In this document: positions 40,097 to 50,050 of the stretch, in pieces | Layout: every line of letters begins with the position of its first letter | Position numbering within the stretch: the first letter of the stretch is position 1 | Origin: Eledone cirrhosa | Taxonomy: Eukaryota | Assembly: GCA_964016885.1 (NCBI GenBank) | Contig: OZ024745.1 | Location: 82,026,001-82,090,000, forward strand | Length of the DNA stretch: 64,000 bases | Direction of reading: 5' to 3' | The notes under the pieces: generated by a model | The model's database searches: none | The model's input: the letters and a program-made list of their open reading frames with translations, nothing else | Told to the model about the DNA's origin: nothing | Made by a program: the position numbers and the translations under genes

Positions 40097-41358
40097 GGGA
40101 AACCCTCACCAAGATGGAGCGCGCGCTCTTCCAATTCCTTTGGAAGAGGCGGGCTCCTATGGTGAGGAGATCCATCTGCTGTCAACACCCTTCGAAAGGA
40201 GGGCTGGGGATGCCGTGGCTAATGATGCGTAAACACGCATTAAGGCTACGGCACCTCTACGTATTCCTCACCGGACAACCGGTGTGGGCCTCGTTTGTGA
40301 GACGAACCTTTCCCAGACTCGTCTCACTCACCGAGCTGCAATCCTGGGTCAAGCAAAGACCGAGAAAACTGGGCGCCTGGCACACTGAGTGTGCCCAGGC
40401 GCTCACCGCCCTCTGGCAGGCGGATCCGGTTATCAGTGGAGACTCTACCGCAACATTCTATAGAGGGCTGGTACGCAGCAGGTGCGACGACGCCCTCGGA
40501 GAAGCCCTAGACATGGAGGAGGACGAACTGGCCAGCCTGTTCGGTAGGACATTCAGCCCGGGACCTATGGACAACTTCCAGAAGTCCCTGGCCTGGCAGT
40601 GCTACCGAGGGGCTTTACCCGTTCGAGAAAGGCTCTACAGACACGGGCGCCCGGGTAGGGACCCCGCCAAAAAGATCTGTCCCAGATGCGTGTGCGACGA
40701 GGAAACCGTTGCACACGCATTGGTACACTGCTCGGGCGTAGCCGATCTGTGGGGCTATGTCGAACAACTGCTGTCAAGGGTGGGACCGATCCGGTTGACC
40801 ACCGAGTCTATTGTAATGATCAAGCCGCCTCCCCCCTTCAAAGATGAAGCAGAGGCGGTGTTTCTGTGCGTAATAGCCATGGCGAAAGAGGTTGTATGGT
40901 GGACGCGTCTGAAAGGACTGAGGTCAGGCACCTTTCTCTCTGGCCAACAACTGGTCCGTTTCTTCCGATATCATTTCGGAAGAAGGATCAGGATGGAGAG
41001 AGAGGTGCTGCACCCCAGCCGTTTCTATGAAAGATGGGTGAAAGTGGCGAGAATGGCCCATGTGAATGGGCCTTCACTCTACATCAGACTATAGGTGAGG
41101 AAGATGAAAGACCAAGGGAGCACCCCTTCTCTGTGCTCCTGAGGAAAAGGGTTGCACACTTTTTTCGGGGGTGTGTGCGACCCCCCAAGGCGCCTCCTCT
41201 CTATTGAGGATTTTGTTAAAAATTTTATTTTTTGTTATATCTTATTTTATTTTTATATTTTGTTATTGCCTCCTCCTTATTGAGGACGCCTTTTTGTGTA
41301 AACTCCCCCCTTTGTACTTGTCCCACTTTTGATGCCCTAGTTGCAAATAAAAGAAACA

Positions 41359-41360
<2 letters not shown>
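40097..41360 (+). mobile_element. 5'-truncated Tx1 copy (3' 1.26 kb)
   Basis: Matches 45938-47200 with about 7 substitutions seen by eye. Ends in (TATC)n at 41360-41460. Confidence 0.95.
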
Positions 41361-41457
<97 letters not shown>

Positions 41458-41680
41458 ATCTCTGGGATGGACACACGCGTATAACTTGCTGAGTAAGTTC
41501 TGTTTAAATTTCTATAGAAATTCTTATCTGATAACTTTAATTTTTGTACCATTTTGTAGAGGGACTGCCAGGTCAAACTTTGATCTGGTCAGTCTCTCAA
41601 AATATTCTACGCCTTTAGGCGAAATAGTTAAACAAAAAAAAAAAAAGTTTTTTCTTGTTGAAAAGTCAATATTTTTTTAA

Positions 41681-43474
41681 ATGGCCGAAGCTTCTTCACC
41701 AAAATTCGAAGGAGGAAAGGGGAAGATGAACTTACAGCTTCCCCCTGCCACTGTCACAGTAGCAGAGGTCAAGAAGAAAGGTCAGCCAGAGGAAGAATTC
41801 TCTCCACCTGTTAACCGACAACTTGACGTTGCCATGGCAACAACCCAAAGAACCAGCAGCAACAGCAACAACAACAACAATGCGACGGACGAAAACAACA
41901 CCAATAACAATAACAATAACAACAACAACAAGACCAATAACGGTGACAACAACAACAATGATAACAACAACACCACCAACGACAACAACAACACAAACAA
42001 ACAAAATTTCTCCTTCGCCGAGACGACAAGGAAAACCTTCGACTATCTGCCAGTAGATATAACAAAAGCGAAGGAGCTACTGGCGGATGCGAAAAAATAT
42101 ATAGTGTACGGGGAAAATGGTTCATTCACAATCCATTCCCCCCCGGAACTAAAAAGCCAGAGACTCCTAAACACGGTCATGTTTAGGACAATCTCGAACA
42201 AAAGTAAAAAACCAGCTCAACCATCACAGAGCGAGATAGAGCTGGTTTTAAAAGACGTCATGAAGGACATCACCTTCATTCAGAAGGATAGACTCTACGG
42301 GAGTCTATCCATTCTCATGAAGGACAGGGACACAGCAGTGAAACTGTCCATCAAACCAATCACATCCACCGCATACACCTTCTACCCTACGTACATGGGT
42401 AGAAGAACACAAAAAATAAAAATCCACACCATCCTGCCGATTATGGACATATGGTGGGTTTTGACAGGTTTTCTGGACCTGGAGGATGACATGCTGGTGT
42501 CCATGGGAAAGGCATCGGGTGACGCGTTCAGTGGAACGAGCCTCGAACTTGTAGTTCAAATGAGGCCCGAAAGGATCGCCCAGATCCCTGAACGCGTCAT
42601 ACTGGATGATCTAACCTTCATCAACATTACCGTTGAGGGTAGACGGCCCTCGTGTTACCTCTGCGGAACCAGAGGTCACCTGAGGGCTGTCTGTCCCCAA
42701 CTTAATAAGAAAACCCCAATCCTGCCTACACCACCAACAACTGCACAACCAACACAATCACCACAACTACCACTACAAAAACAACCACCACAGCTCAAAC
42801 CAAAACAAAACAATGTCCAACCCATCCCCTCCACTCAAAAAACAAAAACAATTTCCAAAACACCCGTACCGCAAACACAACCCGAAAATATACCCCTCCC
42901 CTCCAACGCGGAAGATGACTCTAGTTCGTCGTCAGACGAGGAGGAGCACTTCCACACAATCAAAAGAAAAAAAAGAAAACACACCTCAGACACACAAATG
43001 AAAAAAAACCCTCCCCAAAACATAACACTGACACCAACACAAAAGAGCTCACAACAACAGCAAACAAAAAACACCACACAAAAACAAAAACATGCATACA
43101 CATACATAAATACAAGAAACAAAAAACTGTTAAACATTGTGTACAACAACAATCTAATAAAAACACAAGGGCCTAACTTCACCCAGGCAGGGGATTTCCC
43201 CCACCTCAAAATGATTAAGGCCCCACAGGACACCTATAAAACTTTAAAAAACAATTTTAAAGAGGACGTGGGTCCCCCCTGCGTCGGGCCCATTAACCGC
43301 GTCCTCCTAAAAAACTATCCCACCCCCTCCCCAAACACCCACACAACTCCAAGCTCCCCAACCACACAACACACTGATGCCCCCACACTTCCACAAACCA
43401 CCACCCCACCCAACAACCCATCCCCCACCCTAATGGAAATTGTGCAGCCCGATACCCGGGACGCAGAGAGGTAA
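41681..43474 (+). CDS. Tx1 ORF1 protein (597 aa): Asn-rich N-terminus, putative RNA-binding core, CCHC zinc knuckle, Pro/Thr/Gln-rich C-terminus
   Basis: Open ATG-TAA frame, CYLCGTRGHLRAVC motif, position upstream of ORF2. Confidence 0.92.
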   Translation: MAEASSPKFEGGKGKMNLQLPPATVTVAEVKKKGQPEEEFSPPVNRQLDVAMATTQRTSSNSNNNNNATDENNTNNNNNNNNNKTNNGDNNNNDNNNTTNDNNNTNKQNFSFAETTRKTFDYLPVDITKAKELLADAKKYIVYGENGSFTIHSPPELKSQRLLNTVMFRTISNKSKKPAQPSQSEIELVLKDVMKDITFIQKDRLYGSLSILMKDRDTAVKLSIKPITSTAYTFYPTYMGRRTQKIKIHTILPIMDIWWVLTGFLDLEDDMLVSMGKASGDAFSGTSLELVVQMRPERIAQIPERVILDDLTFINITVEGRRPSCYLCGTRGHLRAVCPQLNKKTPILPTPPTTAQPTQSPQLPLQKQPPQLKPKQNNVQPIPSTQKTKTISKTPVPQTQPENIPLPSNAEDDSSSSSDEEEHFHTIKRKKRKHTSDTQMKKNPPQNITLTPTQKSSQQQQTKNTTQKQKHAYTYINTRNKKLLNIVYNNNLIKTQGPNFTQAGDFPHLKMIKAPQDTYKTLKNNFKEDVGPPCVGPINRVLLKNYPTPSPNTHTTPSSPTTQHTDAPTLPQTTTPPNNPSPTLMEIVQPDTRDAER

Positions 43475-43498
43475 GTGCCTTTTCTCTTCACCACCAAC

Positions 43499-46400
43499 AT
43501 GGCTATGCTAAGAGTAGGCTGTTTAAATGCGCGTGGCCTGGGCTCAACTTGGAAGCAAGCAATGCTTCTAAATGACCTCAGGTCACAACGTATAGATGTG
43601 ATGGTTATTTGCGAGGCCCGGATCAGCAACGTGCGACAGCTGGCCCCCACCTTTGATGACTTTGAGATGCACGCATCTCTCTGTCAGCCGGAGGTGGGGG
43701 TGGAGTTGTCGTTCTGCTGCAAAAACATCTGGGTCTCGCAACACAGATGGTACATTTGGACCCGGAGGGTCGACTAGTGGTTCTGGACCTTGGCAGTGGT
43801 AAAGGCGGAGCGTTTAGGTTGGTAGCCGCCTACGGCCCTTTCGGGTCAATGCGGCCGGACTTCTTCCATCGTCTGGAGACTTTTCTAGGGACGTCCCGCT
43901 CCTTGCTATTAGTGGGGGACTGGAATGGTATCCTAGATGCACGCTGGGACTACGTAGGGGCCTGCCCCGATAGAGAGGGGTGTAATAGCCTCAAAGGGTT
44001 AATCGGTCGATTTGACCTGGCCGATAGATATCGACTAGATTTTCCGACTGCGCCAACCTGGACTGGGGCAAATCGTAGCGGATCATCTAGGTCGTACCTA
44101 GATAGGTTCTTAGTTAGAATTAAGGATAAGGACTTTTTAAGTTGTACAAAAATGCGCATGGTTGGCTATTCAGACCACAAATTAGTGACCTGCATGGTCA
44201 ACCTTGACAGAACTCATAGACAGGGCCCCGGTTACTGGAAGCTCAACTTGTCCTTGCCAGCAAGTAGAGCCTACAGGAATCGGATTAGTACGTTAGTTAA
44301 GGAACGGTTGACTGGAGCGATCGTCAACAGCAGGTGGTGGGTATCTCTAAAGAGAGAGATTAGAGTAGTCTCGATAGAATTTAGTAAGGTTCTAGCTGCG
44401 GATAGGAATAGGAAGGAAAGGGAGCTAATAGATAGAGTAGAAGAGGCAATTAGAAGCGGCGACGTGGCCAGAGTGCTAGCGTCGAGAACGGCTTTGAGCC
44501 AGTTTTGCGACGCGAAGCACGAAGGCTGCGTTGTCCGAAGTAAAATACGTGCTATAGGGAACGAGGGGACCAAAGCTGTTAGCTGGGCCCGCGTGACAGA
44601 GGCCAACAGTGGAGCTAAATCCACCATCCGGTCTTTGCGAGACCTGGATGGACGGGCGATTCTTGAGCCTAAGCAGATGTGTGAGGCCTTTCAAAGGCAC
44701 TTTGCCCGACTGTTCGGGAGGGGCGGGGAGCCGGTTGGGAACGTGGACTTCGGTCCATACCTCGACGGCCTGCCGCGCCTCTCGGACAGGGAGGCGAAGT
44801 CCTGCGAGGAGCCGATTTCGGCCACTGAGATAGAGGACGTGCTGAGCCAATGCGGCAAACGCAAATCCCCGGGTCTCGATGGTCTTCCTTACGAATTATA
44901 TCTAGCTATGCCGGACTTGTTCCCCGATCTCCTCGAGGCGGTCTACTGCAACTGGCAACAGAACGGGAGAATTCCCTGTACTGTGACCAAGGGCGTAGTC
45001 ACGCTAGTGAGGAAGGACGAGAACAAGGGGGACGAAATAAGTAACTTCAGGCCCATAACACTGCTAAATACAGAGTTACAGATTTTGGCCAAGGTGCTAG
45101 CAAAGAGGTTGGCGCTTGTCGTGGGCAACCTGGTGGGAGATGCGCAGACATGTGCTATCCCGTCCAGGTCCATCCATGACAACCTCCACTTCATGCGATA
45201 CATCATAGAGAGGGTTGGGAACGAACCCGGCTTTGGTGGGGCTCTGATCAACTTGGATCAATCTAAGGCGTTCGATAGGGTCGACCATGGTTACCTGGAT
45301 GCGGTGCTAGCGGCGGCAGGCTTCGGACCCGTTTTCAGGGGCTGGATCACTGCTATGCACAGCAGCCGCATCTGCTCTAGGGTCAAGGTGAACGGATACC
45401 TCTCGGAGCCGTTCAAAATCGCGCGGTCCATCCGACAAGGGTGCCCTCTCTCCTCCCTTCTGTATGTGTTGACTCTCGAGCCACTACTGCGGAAGTTGGA
45501 GTTGTTGCAGGGCATCCCTTTGGAACCGGGATTGTGGAAAGCGGTGTCGGCCTACGCCGATGACGTGACAGTAATGGTGTCGACGGCCTCCGAAATCGAG
45601 GCGGTCGGCACCTTACTGGAGGAGTACGAAAAGTTCACAGGGGCTAAGCTGAACCGGGACAAGTCGATCGGTTTGCAACTCGGCACGTGGAGGGGCAGAC
45701 CGATGCCCTCCGATGGCGTCGTCGGACGCTGGACGGAGGGCCCGGTGAAGTTGCTCGGGGTCTGGTTCGGACCGGACCTCCAGGTGGAGAAAAACTGGGC
45801 GGAGGTTACGAACAGGGTGTTTGCACTGACCCAGAAGTGGGCCAGTTGCAAACTATCCCTGAAAGGTCGGGCGGAGGTGGCGAACACCTACATAGCGTCC
45901 GTCATCTACTACCGCCTGACCGTAGTGCCCTGCCCAAGGGAAACCCTCACCAAGATGGAGCGCGCGCTCTTCCAATTCCTTTGGAAGAGGCGGGCTCCTA
46001 TGGTGAGGAGATCCATCTGCTGTCAACACCCTTCGAAAGGAGGGCTGGGGATGCCGTGGCTAATGATGCGTAAACACGCATTAAGGCTACGGCACCTCTA
46101 CGTATTCCTCACCGGACAACCGGTGTGGGCCTCGTTTGTGAGACGAACCTTTCCCAGACTCGTCTCACTCACCGAGCTGCAATCCTGGGTCAAGCAAAGA
46201 CCGAGAAAACTGGGCGCCTGGCACACTGAGTGTGCCCAGGCGCTCACCGCCCTCTGGCAGGCGGATCCGGTTATCAGTGGAGACTCCACCGCAACATTCC
46301 ATAGAGGGCTGGTACGCAGCAGGTGCGACGACGCCCTCGGAGAAGCCCTAGACATGGAGGAGGACGAACTGGCCAGCCTGTTCGGTAGGACATTCAGCCC

Positions 46401-46935
46401 GGGACCTATGGACAACTTCCAGAAGTCCCTGGCCTGGCAGTGCTACCGAGGGGCTTTACCCGTTCGAGAAAGGCTCTACAGACACGGGCGCCCGGGTAGG
46501 GACCCCGCCAAAAAGATCTGTCCCAGATGCGTGTGCGACGAGGAAACCGTTGCACACGCATTGGTACACTGCTCGGGCGCAGCCGATCTGTGGGGCTATG
46601 TCGAACAACTGCTGTCAAGGGTGGGACCGATCCGGTTGACCACCGAGTCTATTGTAATGATCAAGCCGCCTCCCTCCTTCAAAGATGAAGCAGAGGCGGT
46701 GTTTCTGTGCGTAATAGCCATGGCGAAAGAGGTTGTATGGTGGACGCGTCTGAAAGGACTGAGGTCAGGCACCTTTCTCTCTGGCCAACAACTGGTCCGT
46801 TTCTTCCGATATCATTTCGGAAGAAGGATCAGGATGGAGAGAGAGGTGCTGCACCCCAGCCGTTTCTATGAAAGATGGGTGAAAGTGGCGAGAATGGCCC
46901 GTGTGAATGGGCCTTCACTCTACATCAGACTATAG
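43499..46935 (+). CDS. Tx1 ORF2 (APE endonuclease, reverse transcriptase, C-terminal Zn finger), with one 1-bp frameshift at ~43688
   Basis: LNARGL, GDWN, SYLDRF, YSDH, FRPITLLN, DQSKAFD, RQGCPLS, YADD, CPRC..ETVAHALVHC. Copy 2 has CAGCCCGG where this copy has CAGCCGG. Confidence 0.93.
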
Positions 46936-47199
46936 GTGAGGAAGATGAAAGACCAAGGGAGCACCCCTTCTCTGTGCTCCTGAGGAGAAGGGTTGCACAC
47001 TTTTTTCGGGGGTGTGTGCGACCCCCCAAGGCGCCTCCTCTCTATTGAGGATTTTGTTAAAAATTTTATTTTTTGTTATATCTTATTTTATTTTTATATT
47101 TTGTTATTGCCTCCTCCTTATTGAGGACGCCTTTTTGTGTAAACTCCCCCCTTTGTACTTGTCCCACTTTTGATGCCCTAGTGGCAAATAAAAGAAACA

Positions 47200-47231
<32 letters not shown>

Positions 47232-47232
47232 C

Positions 47233-47274
<42 letters not shown>

Positions 47275-47275
47275 A
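47200..47275. repeat. (TATC)n microsatellite
   Basis: Direct inspection. Confidence 0.98.
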
Positions 47276-48034
47276 TTGGAAGATGTGTGAGATCCTTGGT
47301 ACAGTTAGGTATGTTTGAAAAAAAAGGAAAAGAATGACTTCACTTGTAGTGTTAAATAATTTGATTTCATTTTATAATATTATAATATTATGAGTTGGTA
47401 GATCTAGTAAGTTCTTTGTTAACTTCGGTAGGAAGAATTTTAAAGCTTCCTGGTTAACTTTGTTGGAGAACTTTCTCGTATTCGTCGGTGGCGATTGTCA
47501 AACTGAGATCAAGTTGTGTTGAGATGTGTGACTATATATATATAAGAGAGATTTGGATGAAGATTCGGTGGAATTAAAACATACATACACACACACACAT
47601 ACCCACACACATATATACACTCAGAAAATGGTGAGGTTGCAAGATAAGGGTGTTTGAGAAGGTGGTTGTAAAGATCCCCTCCTGCTGGTTTTATTTCGTT
47701 AGCTGACCTTTGATGAGTATATAATGGCATAGCTGAATCAACTCTCTTAAATTTATAAAGAATATCTTCTACAAATTTCTATATCAAAGATGAATTTAGG
47801 TGGTTGTCTGGATTTTAATGAGGTGTAAGATACATGTCTTTTGATAAGAATGGGATGACAGTAAAAAGATAAAAGAAGGATAGTTTGGGAAGATTTGTCA
47901 AAGATCTGTTGTTGATATTAGTTTGGGAGAGGAAGTGTGTGTGTGTGTGGGGGGGGGGGGCATGCTAGCTCACATAGTCACTTCCCTATATGTAAATATA
48001 TTTACAATCCATATATACTACATACATACACACA

Positions 48035-48559
48035 AACATACACACACACACATATATATATATATTTTATATATATATATATATCTTATACACACATACA
48101 CATATACATTATACATATATATATTATACATATTTTATACATACATATATATATATGTCATATCCACATATATATCATATATATATATCCTATACATGTT
48201 TATACATATATTTCATACACATATATATATATCTACACATATACTATACATACAATCTATATATACACTATATATATTTTATATGTATACCACATATATA
48301 TCCCACACATATATCATATACATCCTATATATATCATATATATCCCATACATATATTATACATATCCCACATACACACACATATATATATCCCATACACA
48401 TACATATATATACATCTCATATACATACATATATATACACATCCCATACATACATATATATATCCCATACATACACACATATATATATTTTATACATACA
48501 CACATATGTATATTTTATATATACATACATATATACACATACACAATATATATATATAT

Positions 48560-48612
<53 letters not shown>
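48035..48612. repeat. Degenerate (TA)/(CA) low-complexity tract
   Basis: Direct inspection. Confidence 0.95.
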
Positions 48613-48616
<4 letters not shown>

Positions 48617-49988
48617 TTGCGAGGTTTTTGATATGAAATCGTGTGTCGAGACAAATATTGTTATACTTGGGGAGGGTCATATTGTTGTAATAATATTGCC
48701 AGAAATAATAACAGAACACACTCACCGTTTGGTTGGTTTTCGCTTCTGTATCTTTTATATCTCCACAGTTAATTCATTTGGTCCTCAATGTTTATTATTG
48801 ACTGACCAACGGTCAAAATATAGATATAAATACATATATATAGTCTAACAAAGTTCTTTCGTTGCACATCTGCAACATCATCACTGGTACTATTATGTTC
48901 CTCCTGTTGTATTGTATGTCTACGCCATTTTTATTTTATCTGTTTATTTATTTATTTATTTTTGTCTTCTTCTCTGCGCATGCGTTTGCGTGTGTGTATA
49001 GTGTTTTGTGTGAGTGTTTGCGTTTGGGTGACTGTGTTTTGGTTATTGTATTGTGAAGAGCGTAAGTATATTTTTAAGTGAGAGAAGATATTAGTTTTAA
49101 AGGACAAATAGAGCGTAAGTATATTTACGTGAGAGGAGAAATGAAGAAAAGAATAGCGTGGAGGAATAATATTTATAATGCAGGATTCGTTATGTTTTGA
49201 TTATAATATTTATAATGATAGGTTGAAAAATTAGATTAAAGATTTAATTTAATAAATTAATAATTAGTTTAAATGTGTATGTTAATTATTAAAAAATATA
49301 TATTATTTTACATTAGAGCAAATCTAGTATAGCTTATTTTATTAAAAGTTGTAAGTCAAAAATTTAAAACATCCAAATAATTCTAAATTTATGGAAAATT
49401 TTGGAGAGTTTACATAAGAATAACCACTTAGTTATATTATAAAAACATTAAGGGAGCGTAAAGGAATTTATAAGTGATTTTTTAAGAACCCAGAGGATTA
49501 AATGCTATAAAGTTAAGAAGTTAAATTTTCAATCTTAAGAATATAATTAGAACATGAACCTTATGTTATTTTATACGAAGTCACAAAATTTACTTGCTAT
49601 GAAGTTAAAACATTTAAAATTTTTTTTCTTAAGAATATATTTAAAGCATAAACCATAGGTTACAACATATATATAAACATTTGGATATACATATTAAAAA
49701 CGTTTGAAACTATAATAATATAAAAATATGGTTTTTCTATATTTTTCAAAGGAATTTTCAAAAGATTTACTTAAACCCTTCAGTAAGTTTTTCAAGAAAA
49801 AATTTTCCTTAAAGGAGTTTCAAGCAATCATATAAAGGAATTTTATAATCTATCGATAGGTGTAATAATAAATTAAGTATATAAGAGATAAGTCGTATAT
49901 TACATTTTATATATATATTTAAAAGTTTTATTTAATGTCTTTTTTCAGGGTATGTCAATATTTATTTATAAAACAAATCTGTATTGTA

Positions 49989-50050
49989 TTTTATCTGATG
50001 AAAGCGCACCATAATTTGCCTTGGTGGCCCTTGAAATATGTATAATAAAA
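49989..50050 (+). ncRNA. Type I hammerhead ribozyme motif
   Basis: TTTTAT-CTGATGA-AAGCGCACCA...TGGTGGCCCTT-GAAA-TATGTA-TA-ATAAAA. Confidence 0.72.

Larger units (their letters stand above)
41462..47200 (+). mobile_element. Near-intact full-length Tx1-clade LINE (copy 3)
   Basis: 5' UTR, intact ORF1, ORF2 with a single frameshift, 3' UTR with AATAAA at ~47187. (TATC)n on both sides and no poly(A). Confidence 0.97.

Noticed and set aside
40097-41360. Possible assembly duplication of the Tx1 3' end
   Set aside because: About 7 substitutions versus 45938-47200 and a distinct 5' junction favour an independent insertion.
47923-48848. Long Tyr/Ile/His ORFs
   Set aside because: They are translations of TA/CA microsatellites. 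The same applies to similar ORFs at 7778, 14995, 23588 and 38714.
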